A program made the position numbers and the translations under genes. Below the pieces are notes generated by a model. It searched no databases and had not been told where the DNA came from. It saw nothing but the letters and a program-made list of their open reading frames with translations. Shown in pieces: positions 20,908 to 32,357 of a stretch of DNA of 64,000 nt. Source of the DNA: an uncultured Holophagales bacterium (GTDB lineage Bacteria; Acidobacteriota; Thermoanaerobaculia; Multivoradales; UBA5704). How positions within the stretch are numbered: the stretch's first letter is position 1; every line of letters starts with the position of its first letter. The stretch spans positions 640,001-704,000 of the forward strand of contig CAWJGT010000034.1 of the NCBI GenBank assembly GCA_963842525.1, in the 5' to 3' direction.

Positions 20908-22767
20908 TTCCTGCCCTCTCCCTCGCGCAGCGTAGTGATCCGGTCCAAGGGCACGTTCGAACCTCTCGACGAGGCCGCTCGGCCAGCGGACCTCCAGGGA
21001 TTCGATCTTCTGGACAGGTCCCAGCCCGAAGCACAGGCGCCGCGTGCTCTGGCTGGCGTAGCCGTTGCCGCCGTTGACCTCGCGGATCCAGGACTGGCCG
21101 CCGGAGCGGACCGTGACGCGGGCGCCCACGGCGTCGCGGTTCGACTTCGTGCCCACGAGCTTCAGCTCGATCCAGCGGCCGGCGCCCGGAGAGACGTTGC
21201 GATAGAGCATGGACTTCTGATTGGCGTTCGTCTGATAGAGGTCGAGCCGGCCGTCGTTGTCCAGGTCGGCCATACCGATGCCGCGGCCGTCGAGGTCGTT
21301 GTCGACCCCCGCCTCGGCCGCGACCTCCTTGAACGACTGGTCGCCCAGGTTGCGGAACAGCTTCTTCTTCTGGAAGCCGCTCCAGCTCATGCCGCCAATG
21401 GCGGGCCAGTTGCGGACGTCGGTGAAGTCGATCTTCGGCGTGATGATCATCTCGAGCAGGACCGGTATGTAGTTCTCCTTGCCGGCCGAGCGCAGGCCGT
21501 CGACGGCGAAGAGGTCCTCCCAGCCGTCGTTGTCGAAGTCGCCGAATTTGGCGGCCCAACCCCAGAGCGTGTTGCACGTCCCGGTCTCCTTCGAGAGGTC
21601 GGTGAACGTGCGGTCGCCGTTGTTGTGCCACAGCATGTTGCACTCTTTCATGTACTCGTCGGTGATGTTCGTCACATAGACGTCGAGCCAGCCGTCGCGG
21701 TCGTAGTCGCCCACGTCGGCGTTCATCCCCTTGCGCGTGTCGAAGCCGATCGCCGTCTTGGTGGCGTCGTGGAAGGTGCCGTCACGGTTGTTGAAGAAGA
21801 GGCGGTCGGTCCCGTAGTCGCCGGCCAGGTAGAGGTCCTGCCAACCGTCGTTGTCGAGGTCCGCGTGGCCGGCGTCGAGCGTCCAGCCGGTGTGGTGCGC
21901 GAGCCCGGCCTTCTGGGTGACCTCGACGAAGCGGATCTGCTGCGACCCGGGCTCGGTGAGGTTTCTCCAGAGCGTGACGCCGCCGCCGTTGTCGGCTTCG
22001 TCGAGATTGTTGGGCAGCACGTGCGGGGTCGGGAGATCGATCAGGTTGACCGGCGGAAAGTAGTTGCCGAGCAGCAGGTCGAGGCGGCCGTCGTTGTCGT
22101 AGTCGAAGGCGAGGACGGCAATTGTGTTGCCGAACTTGTCGAGGCCCGAGCCGGCCGAGACGTCCTTGAGCTTGCCGCCACCCTGGTTGCGATAGAGGAC
22201 CGGTGTGCCGAAGCGGGCCACCAGGAGGTCCTGCCAGCCGTCATTATCGGCGTCGAGCCAGACCGCATCGGCGACGATCGATTTCGGGTCGTTGCCGCCG
22301 GTCACGCCCGCGGCGGCGGCCACATCGGCGAAGGCGAGGCGGCCCGAGGGGACCAGCTCGTTGCGCAGGAGATGGTTGGCGATGCCGGCGTCGGACTGGG
22401 CGACGAAGAGGTCCTCGTCGCCGTCGTTGTCGTAGTCGCCCACGGCCACCGCCGCGCCGCCGGCCGTGAACATGCCGAGGACGTCGCCGTGCTTGCCCGC
22501 GAACTTGCGGGTATGGTGGACCAGGCGCGCTCCCGCCGCCTCGCCGATCTCCTCGAAACGGATCGGCGGCGCGCCACCCTGCGCCGCGGCCAGCGGCAGG
22601 GCGAGCAGGAGCAGCGCGAGGAGGCCCCTCACCCCCGGCCCCTCTCCCATCCGCCCTCCCGATCCCCCGGGAGAGGGGAGCGAAGAGCTCCCGTGCCTTC
22701 TTCCCCCCTCTCCCTCAGGGCGGGAGGGCGGTTGGGAGAGGGGGGCCAGGGGGGTGAGGGGCCTCAC
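20904..22767 (-). CDS. CRTAC1-family FG-GAP/ASPIC-UnbV protein; frameshift near 20955 falsely fuses it to the next gene
   Basis: FG-GAP repeats and GGNGYASQS...FGLG...VRWPSG. The alternative frame gives the expected end NVPLDRITTLREGEGRK* with TGA at 20904-20906. Confidence 0.85.
22621..22765. repeat. CCTCACCCCC-family palindromic element pair at a gene start
   Basis: gaggcccctcacccccggcccctctccc... is inverted by ...gggagaggggggccaggggggtgaggggcctc. Same family as 8133-8337. Confidence 0.8.
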
Positions 22768-23483
22768 TTCGCCGGCCCCTCCTCATAAAGCGCGGCGAGA
22801 TTCGTATCGACCCGCTTGTTGGGATCGAGCTGGTCGTTGATGTACGTCTCCAGCTCTTCGCCGCTGCGCGCCAGGCGCGCTTCGAGCTGCGTCTCGCCGG
22901 GGAAGAGCTTCAGCCCCTCCTGCCAGATCGCCTTGGCCTTCTCGGGCTGGTCCGTCTTCCAGTAGCCGTCACCCAGCGCGATGTAGGCCCGCGCGTAGAC
23001 ACGCTTCTGGATGTTTTCCTTTTTGGAGATGGCGACCGCCTCCTCGAGGTCGGCGACGCCCAGTGGGGCACGGCCGAAGACCCTGGGCCAGTACAGGTAA
23101 CTGTTACCGCGCGTGAACAGGGCCAGCCAGGTGTGCTTCAGATCGATCGACTTGCTGAACTGGGTCAGCGCGTTGTTGGCGAGGATCACCTGGGTGATCG
23201 AGCCGGCCGCCGGGATTTTGTCGACATAGGCATAGCCGAAGTTCAGCCAGGCGTTGGCTGACTGCGGGTGCTTCTCCACCAGCTTCTCGTAGAAGTCGAT
23301 GGCGCGGTCATATTCCTTGGCCTTGATGACCGCCATCCGGTACTCGCTATGGCCCCGCAGATGATCGGGGTCGGCGTTGATCGCCGCCTCGAGCTGCGGC
23401 AGGGGCGCCGCATCGTTGCCGGCAGCCTGGACCGCGGCGGCGGCCAGGAGCATGAGCGCGGACAAAGCCAGTGGGCGTCTCAT
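22764..23483 (-). CDS. Secreted TPR protein
   Basis: Signal peptide MRRPLALSALMLLAAAAVQA and TPR-like helices (AWLNFGYAY, AYIALGDGYW). Start and stop overlap both neighbours. Confidence 0.8.
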   Translation of the reverse strand: MRRPLALSALMLLAAAAVQAAGNDAAPLPQLEAAINADPDHLRGHSEYRMAVIKAKEYDRAIDFYEKLVEKHPQSANAWLNFGYAYVDKIPAAGSITQVILANNALTQFSKSIDLKHTWLALFTRGNSYLYWPRVFGRAPLGVADLEEAVAISKKENIQKRVYARAYIALGDGYWKTDQPEKAKAIWQEGLKLFPGETQLEARLARSGEELETYINDQLDPNKRVDTNLAALYEEGPAK

Positions 23484-25264
23484 TTCTTCTTGCGCTCCTC
23501 GTCTGCGTGCGCAGCGGTGGCGAACGGAAAGGATTTCGCCTCTCCCTCGACGATGCGGGTGATCCGGTCCACGGGCAGGTCCTCGAAGACCTGGCGCAGC
23601 CCGGAGGGCCAGAGCACCTCCAGGCGCTCGATCGTCGTGGCCTGTCCGAGCCCGAAATGGACGCGGCGCGAGCTCTGGGCGGCGAAGCCGTTGCCGCCGT
23701 CGACGAAGCGCAGCAGCGTCCGTCCGCCGGCCGTCAGGCGCAACTGGGCCCCGATCCCTTCGCGGTTCGATTTCTTCCCCTGGAGAGCAAAGGCGGCCCA
23801 GTGCGCGGGCGGCGCGATGTTCGCGATATTGCGATAAAGGAACGGCTCGGCATTGGCGTTGGCGACGAACAGGTCGAGGCGGCCGTCGTTGTCGAAGTCG
23901 GCCACCGCGATGCCGCGGCCGTCGCGCTGCGAGTCGAGGCCGTGCCGCGGTGCCTCGTCCTTGAAGATCTGCCCGCCCTGGTTGTGGAACAGCCTCTTCT
24001 TCTGGTAGCCGGAGAGGGTCCTGTCGCCCATGGGCGGCCAGTTGCGCGCGTCCGAAAAGTCGATGTTCGGCCGCACGACCATCTCGAAGATCAGCGGTAC
24101 ATAGCTCTCGGGGCCCGCGGACACCCAGCCGTTGACCACGTAGAGGTCGAGCCAGCCGTCGTTGTCGTAATCGAAGAATTTGCCGCCCCAGCCCCAGCCG
24201 GTGTCGTACACCCCGGTCTCGCGCGCTATGTCGGTGAACTTCACCTCGCCGGGCCCGCTGGCTCCATCATTGCGCCAGAAAAAATTTCCCTCGCGCATGT
24301 AGTCGTCGGTGATGTTCGTCACGAAGATGTCGAGCCAGCCGTCGTTGTCGTAGTCGCCCCACTCGGCATTCATGCCCTTTTTCGTATCGATCCCGATCGC
24401 CTCTTTGGTGCGATCCGTAAACGTCCCGTTCCCATTGTTCAAGAAAAAGCGATCGGTCCCGAAGTCGCACGCCACGTAGAGGTCGTCGTCGCCGTCGTTG
24501 TCGGCGTCGCCGTGCCCCAGGTCCAGGGTCCAGCCGGAGAGGGTGAGGCCGGCCTCGCGGGTGACATCCCGAAACGTACCATCCCCTTGATTGCGCCAGA
24601 GCGTCACGCCGCCGCCGTTGTTGGCGGTTTCAAAGCTCTCTGGAAAGAAGCGCGGCGTATCGGGCTTGAAGACGTTCACCGCCCGGAAATAGCTGCCGAC
24701 GAAAAGGTCGATCCGGCCGTCGCGGTCGTAATCGAAGGCCACGGCCGTGATGGCGTTGCTGTAGCGGTCGAGCCCGGCGCGGCGGGTGACGTCGCGGAAC
24801 CGGCCGTTGCCCAGGTTCTCGAAGAGCTGGTTGTGGCCGAAGCGGACGACCAACAGGTCGGGCCGGCCGTTGCCGTCATAGTCGAGCCAAAGGGCGTCGG
24901 CCGAGGCGTTGCCGGCGTCGTTGCCGGCGGCCAGTCCGGCCGGTCCGGCGACCTCCGTGAAGGTAAGGTCGCCATTGTTGCGCCAGAGCAGGTTCTTGCC
25001 CGTCGCGGAGGAATCGGTCACGAAGAGATCCTCGAATCCGTCGCCGTCGTAGTCGGCCACGGCCGCCGCGGCACCCAATGCGGTGTAGCCGGCCATGATC
25101 TCGGCATAGGGGTTCTCGAACGTACGATTCGTGTGCTTGCGCGCGACCCCGGCCTTCGCCGTCACGTCCTCGAACCATCGGTCAGCAACCGGAGGCGCAG
25201 GGGCGGCCGCAATCCACAGGGCTCCAGCCACGAACACGGCTGCCCGAGCCAAGCCGACCCTCAT
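23480..25264 (-). CDS. CRTAC1-family FG-GAP/ASPIC-UnbV protein
   Basis: Signal peptide MRVGLARAAV..., many DYDxDG repeats and GGNGFAAQS...HFGLG...LWPSG. Clear paralogue of 20904-22767. Confidence 0.9.
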   Translation of the reverse strand: MRVGLARAAVFVAGALWIAAAPAPPVADRWFEDVTAKAGVARKHTNRTFENPYAEIMAGYTALGAAAAVADYDGDGFEDLFVTDSSATGKNLLWRNNGDLTFTEVAGPAGLAAGNDAGNASADALWLDYDGNGRPDLLVVRFGHNQLFENLGNGRFRDVTRRAGLDRYSNAITAVAFDYDRDGRIDLFVGSYFRAVNVFKPDTPRFFPESFETANNGGGVTLWRNQGDGTFRDVTREAGLTLSGWTLDLGHGDADNDGDDDLYVACDFGTDRFFLNNGNGTFTDRTKEAIGIDTKKGMNAEWGDYDNDGWLDIFVTNITDDYMREGNFFWRNDGASGPGEVKFTDIARETGVYDTGWGWGGKFFDYDNDGWLDLYVVNGWVSAGPESYVPLIFEMVVRPNIDFSDARNWPPMGDRTLSGYQKKRLFHNQGGQIFKDEAPRHGLDSQRDGRGIAVADFDNDGRLDLFVANANAEPFLYRNIANIAPPAHWAAFALQGKKSNREGIGAQLRLTAGGRTLLRFVDGGNGFAAQSSRRVHFGLGQATTIERLEVLWPSGLRQVFEDLPVDRITRIVEGEAKSFPFATAAHADEERKKK

Positions 25265-27642
25265 TCCCTCCTCGCTCCGTAGCGCCTCTCGACGAGGTCC
25301 TGGCCCTCGGTGACCTGAACGATGTGGTCCGCCGCGACGTTGCGGAACCGCTGCACCGTGCCGGAGGCGGGCCACTTGACCTCGATCTCGTCGACCTTCC
25401 CTGCACCGCCGAGGCCGAAGTGGAGACGCAGCGAGCTCTGCGACCCGTAGCCGTCGCCGAGCACCACCTCACGGGTCTGCTGCTGTCCGGCGGTCCGGAC
25501 CGTCGCCCGCGCACCCACGGCGTCGCGGTTCGAGCGCGTGCCCACCAGCTCGACCTGCAGCCAGTGCCTCCGGGGCCCGACCTCGTTGCGCAGGAGCGCA
25601 TGACGGTCGGTCGAGGCGGACACGGCGATGTCGAGCGCGCCGCGGTTCCAGAAGTCAGCGACCGCGGTGCCACGGCTGTTGGTCAAGAGGTCCGTGCCGG
25701 CCGGCGTGCCGATCTCGCGGAAGGTGATCCGTCCCGATGCATCAGGCCCGTTGTTGCGCAGGTGGCGGTTGCGCTCCCAGCCGTGCCATGACTGCCGGCC
25801 AAAATGTTTGGGATCGAAAAAGATGCCGGTTTTATAATCGCTCTGCCGCCCGACGACGTTGTTCAGGAACTCCAGCTCGATCTCGGTGCCGCGGTCGTTG
25901 TAGACCCAGCCGTTGGCGCTGTAGATGTCCTGCCAGCCGTCGTTGTCGAAGTCCGCGAAATTGGAGCCCCAGAACCAGCCGAGCGGATTGGCGCCGCTCT
26001 CCCAGGACACGTCCTCGAAGGTGCCGTCCCCCCGGTTGCGCAACAGGTGATTGCCGGAAGCCATCTCCTGGAAAACCTTGACGAATTCGAAGCCCGACTG
26101 GCGGAAGATCTGGAAATAGAGCGGCATGTCGCTCTTCCACACCCCTTGCTTCCACGAATTGGCCATGTAGCGCCAGACCGTCGGCGGCTCGGCGAACCAG
26201 CCGTGCTCGGAGCGGATGTCCGCCGTGTAGATATCGAGCCGCCCGTCGTTGTCGTAGTCGCCGAACGAGGCGCTCATACCGGCGCCATAGGCCAGCGTGC
26301 CGCTGTCGACCGTCACATCGGCGAACGTCCCGTCTCCCTCGTTGCGGTAGAGCGTGGCGCGGCCAAAGTCGTTGACCACATAAAGGTCGGGGTCGCCGTC
26401 GTCGTCGTAGTCGCCGAAGACCGTGCCCAGGCAGAGGCCCGTGTCCCCCACTCCGGCTTCCTCGGTCACGTTGGTGAACTTGCCTCCCCCTTCGTTCCGG
26501 TAGAGCTGATTGGGCTCACCGTTGCGCGCATAGAAGGTGGTTGGAATGACCTTACGCGGGTCGAGGTAGCGCCCGACGTAGAGGTCCAGATCGCCGTCGT
26601 TGTCGTAGTCCGCCCAGGAGGCCACCGTGGTGACGGAGTCCTCGCCGAGGCCGGACCCCGCGGTCACATCGCGGAAGCGTCCCCGGTCATTGTGGAAGAG
26701 CTGGTTGGGCCGAAAGGTGCGGCTCACGAAGAGGTCCTTCCAGCCGTCGTTGTCATAGTCGGCGAAGGTGCCCACCGAGACGCCGTCGAGCCCCGCGAGC
26801 CCCCACGCCTCGGTGACGTCCTCGAACCGGCCGTCTCCCGCTTTGCCTCCAACATTGCGGAACATGCGCGAGGAGACCCCGTCAGGGATGAAGAGGTCGT
26901 GGAGCCCGTCGTTGTCCACGTCGGCCGCGGCGATGCCGCCCGGGCCATAGCGGATCATGCCGAAGCGGAGCGGCTCGGTGAGGAACGCCGGATAGTAGCG
27001 GTTGGTGAAGCCCACGCCCGCCTGCGCGGCGATGTTCACGAACTGCGGCGGCCCGCTCACCTCGCGCTCGCCCTCGACGAGGGAGGCCTCGCGGATGCGC
27101 ACCCCTTCGGGAGTCTGTTCCAGGCGCATGCGGAACAGGGCGCGGTCGATGCCAGGCCGGACAGCGCCCCGCGGAGTGCCGATCAGCTCCAAGCGGACGA
27201 TCGCCTCGAGCTCGTCCCCCTTCCACGTGGGAAGCCGGTGGAGGTGGACCCCGGCCTCCTGGATCGTGTCGAGGCCGGCGAGGTAGGCCTGCCATTCGGC
27301 GAGCGCGGCGGCGCGGTCGGTGGCGCCATCTCCGGCCGTGAAGCGGAGCGTCTCGATCCCGTCGCGCAAGTCGATCCGCCGCAGGCTCGCGAGGCCGAGG
27401 GGGCGGCCCTGGAATCCGGGGCTGTAGAAGCCCTCGATCGCCTCCAGGTCGCGCGTCTGGACAGCCTGGCCGAGCCGGCCCAGGGTCTCGACCACGCCGC
27501 GGCCGGTCTGGAAGAACCGCTGCCCTTCACGGTCCATTCGATCGAACGAAAGCCAGGTGCCGCTGACCAACAGGACCGGGGCAAGGACCAGACCGAAGAG
27601 GAGCGTCGTACGTCGTCGTGGCAGAAGAGTCTTTAGAGGCAC
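25261..27642 (-). CDS. CRTAC1-family FG-GAP/ASPIC-UnbV protein with N-terminal anchor and an extra domain of about 170 aa
   Basis: N-terminal TM segment, an extra domain, FG-GAP repeats and LGDGYGSQSSLRLHFGLG...KWP. Confidence 0.88.
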   Translation of the reverse strand: MPLKTLLPRRRTTLLFGLVLAPVLLVSGTWLSFDRMDREGQRFFQTGRGVVETLGRLGQAVQTRDLEAIEGFYSPGFQGRPLGLASLRRIDLRDGIETLRFTAGDGATDRAAALAEWQAYLAGLDTIQEAGVHLHRLPTWKGDELEAIVRLELIGTPRGAVRPGIDRALFRMRLEQTPEGVRIREASLVEGEREVSGPPQFVNIAAQAGVGFTNRYYPAFLTEPLRFGMIRYGPGGIAAADVDNDGLHDLFIPDGVSSRMFRNVGGKAGDGRFEDVTEAWGLAGLDGVSVGTFADYDNDGWKDLFVSRTFRPNQLFHNDRGRFRDVTAGSGLGEDSVTTVASWADYDNDGDLDLYVGRYLDPRKVIPTTFYARNGEPNQLYRNEGGGKFTNVTEEAGVGDTGLCLGTVFGDYDDDGDPDLYVVNDFGRATLYRNEGDGTFADVTVDSGTLAYGAGMSASFGDYDNDGRLDIYTADIRSEHGWFAEPPTVWRYMANSWKQGVWKSDMPLYFQIFRQSGFEFVKVFQEMASGNHLLRNRGDGTFEDVSWESGANPLGWFWGSNFADFDNDGWQDIYSANGWVYNDRGTEIELEFLNNVVGRQSDYKTGIFFDPKHFGRQSWHGWERNRHLRNNGPDASGRITFREIGTPAGTDLLTNSRGTAVADFWNRGALDIAVSASTDRHALLRNEVGPRRHWLQVELVGTRSNRDAVGARATVRTAGQQQTREVVLGDGYGSQSSLRLHFGLGGAGKVDEIEVKWPASGTVQRFRNVAADHIVQVTEGQDLVERRYGARRE

Positions 27643-27788
27643 GGTAAATCGACTTTTAACGAGAGCTGAGCCACTCTAGAACAAGCCTCTGCTCAGGAAA
27701 ACCGGCATCGGGGACCAAAAAGGGTCTAAACCCCTTGGCGTCCACGCCACAGGGTACGATACGACCCGCTTCCGAGAGGAGGACTGCA

Positions 27789-28799
27789 ATGAGCACCGAC
27801 GAAAACCTCCGGTACGCGGCGGCGGCCTGCCAGGTCGATTTCGGCAACCCGGCGGACCGTGCAGGGATCAAGCCGCACGTGGACCGGATGCTGGCTATGA
27901 TCGACAACGCGGTGGGCGGCTACGCGCCGTTCCTGCCGGTGAAGCTGGTCGTTTTTCCCGAGTTCGCCCATGCCGCGCCAGTCTACCCCACCGCCCGCGA
28001 GCTGCTGGACAAGCTGGCCGTCCCGATCCCCAACGAGCACACGGAGCGCTATATCTCCAAGGCTCGTGAGCACGGCATCTGGATCCAGACCGGCACGTTC
28101 CTGGAAGCCGACGAAAAGTATCCGGGCGTGGTCTTCAACGCCACCTGCCTGATCGGTCCGGAGGGAATCCTCACCAAGTTCCGCAAGGTGAATCCGTGGA
28201 TCCCCTGGGAGGTCCATGCCAGCCCGCACGACCTGCCGGGCTACGAGGAGGAGATGTTCCCGGTGGCGCGCACCCCGATCGGCAACCTGGGGGTGGCGAT
28301 CTGCTACGACTGGCTCTTCCCGGAGGCGCTGCGCCAGCTCACCGCCAACGGCGCCGAGGTCCTGATCCGCGTCTCCGCCTACATGGACCCCTGGGGAGCC
28401 ACGGCACCGATGGACTGGTGGACCGTGGTCAACCGCTGCCGGGCCCTCGAGAACATCGCCTACGTGGTGGCTTCGAACCAGGCGGCGAGCCTCTCGCATT
28501 ACCCGCCGTTCTCCTGGCCGGGCGGCAGCATGGTGGTGGACTTCGAGGGGCGCATCCTCGCCCAGGCCGATCCCGGTCCGGGCGAGAAGATCGTCGTGGC
28601 ACCGGTGGACATCGGAGCCCTCCGTCACGAGAGGTCCGTCCGGCGCGGCCATCAGACCCTGGGGCATCTGCGCAGCGAGTGCTATCCCATGTACCGGCAG
28701 AGCTTCTACCCGCCGGGCCGGGGGGTGGACCGGGAGAAGCTCAGCGTGGAGGGGAACGATGAGGCGACAACAGAGGCGAAGAGGAAGCTGGGGTACTGA
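27789..28799 (+). CDS. Nitrilase/carbon-nitrogen hydrolase family protein
   Basis: E-K-C triad in VFPEF, FRKV and ICYD. ATG 27789 follows GAGGAGG. Divergent from the FG-GAP operon. Confidence 0.9.
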   Translation: MSTDENLRYAAAACQVDFGNPADRAGIKPHVDRMLAMIDNAVGGYAPFLPVKLVVFPEFAHAAPVYPTARELLDKLAVPIPNEHTERYISKAREHGIWIQTGTFLEADEKYPGVVFNATCLIGPEGILTKFRKVNPWIPWEVHASPHDLPGYEEEMFPVARTPIGNLGVAICYDWLFPEALRQLTANGAEVLIRVSAYMDPWGATAPMDWWTVVNRCRALENIAYVVASNQAASLSHYPPFSWPGGSMVVDFEGRILAQADPGPGEKIVVAPVDIGALRHERSVRRGHQTLGHLRSECYPMYRQSFYPPGRGVDREKLSVEGNDEATTEAKRKLGY

Positions 28800-28823
28800 G
28801 CCGCCCGTTGCGGGGAGCACGCG

Positions 28824-31440
<2,617 letters not shown>

Positions 31441-31554
31441 CGGCCACTCTTCCTGCGCGGTCGCTCGCGGAGTATGCTCCAGTCTGGTCAGACTAAAACG
31501 GAGTTGGCTCCCGAATGGTTCAGATCGAGCGCGCTCTAGGAATCGCCTCGCAAA

Positions 31555-31760
31555 CCTCGCGCCGCCCAGGCCTCCGCGATAAATCAACCCTACTTCAGCA
31601 TGAAGACCGGCTTCGGATACTCCTTCACACACGAGGGGTCGAGGCCCTGGACCGAGGCGCGATTGTAGAACTTCTGGATCAGCTCTTCCGTGCACCGGCC
31701 CGCTCCGCCGTGGGAACCCTTGGGCACGACCACCTGGAGGCTGTTGGGCAGGGTCTTCGC
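31555..31760 (-). repeat. Direct-repeat copy 1: displaced 3' end (about 56 codons plus stop and trailer) of the hydrolase gene
   Basis: 206 bp matching 32152-32357 (offset 597) with about 8 mismatches counted by eye. Confidence 0.92.
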
Positions 31761-31766
31761 TACTCG

Positions 31767-31795
31767 TTGACTTGTACGTGGCTTTGCCGTACAGT
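31767..31795 (+). promoter_or_regulatory. Sigma70-type promoter overlapped by a palindromic operator
   Basis: TTGACT-17 bp-TACAGT, with the inverted repeat TGTACG-N9-CGTACA at 31773-31793. Confidence 0.75.
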
Positions 31796-31818
31796 GCCGG
31801 TTGAAAGAGAAGACCCCG

Positions 31819-32106
31819 ATGTCTCATGAAACCCACCGCACCGCCCGTATCGAGGCACGCATTGCCCCTGCCGAGCTCGCTGTTGTAAGGCGTGCTGCCG
31901 AGATTCAAGGCCGGACCCTCAGCGATTTCGTCGTCGCTGCTGCCCGAGAGGCCGCGCACCGGACGATTGAGGAGGCTTACCTCATCCGCCTCTCGGTCGA
32001 GGACCAGCAGCGTTTCGTCGAGCTGTTGCTCGATCCACCCGCGCCCGTCCCGGCGTTGGAGCGCGCCAAACGTGCTCACGCCAAGCTGATCCGCCAAGCG
32101 CGGTGA
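31819..32106 (+). CDS. DUF1778 (TacA/AtaR-like RHH) antitoxin
   Basis: RTARIEARI...RRAAEIQGRTLSDFVVAAAREAA...IRLSVEDQQRFVELLLDPPAP..AL.RA. Confidence 0.88.
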   Translation: MSHETHRTARIEARIAPAELAVVRRAAEIQGRTLSDFVVAAAREAAHRTIEEAYLIRLSVEDQQRFVELLLDPPAPVPALERAKRAHAKLIRQAR

Positions 32107-32151
32107 CCGGCTCCCTCGCTATCCGTCTGTCCCCGTTGCGCGCCTCGGCCG

Positions 32152-32357
32152 CCTCGCGCCGCCCAGGCCTCCGCGATAAATCAACCCTACTTCAGCATGA
32201 ACACCGGCTTCGGATACTCCTTCACGCACGAGGGGTCGAGCCCCTGGACCGAGGCGCGGTCGTAGAACTTCTGGATCAGCTCTTCCGTGCACCGGCCCGC
32301 TCCGCCGTGGGAGCCCTTGGGTACGACCACGTGGAGGCTGTTGGGCAGGGTCTTCGC
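32152..32357 (-). repeat. Direct-repeat copy 2 (current 3' end of the hydrolase gene)
   Basis: Matches 31555-31760. Confidence 0.92.

Noticed and set aside
17533-22767. 1744-aa giant FG-GAP-TPR fusion ORF
   Set aside because: A frameshift near 20955 hides the natural C-terminus and TGA at 20904, and a second signal peptide follows. These are two genes.
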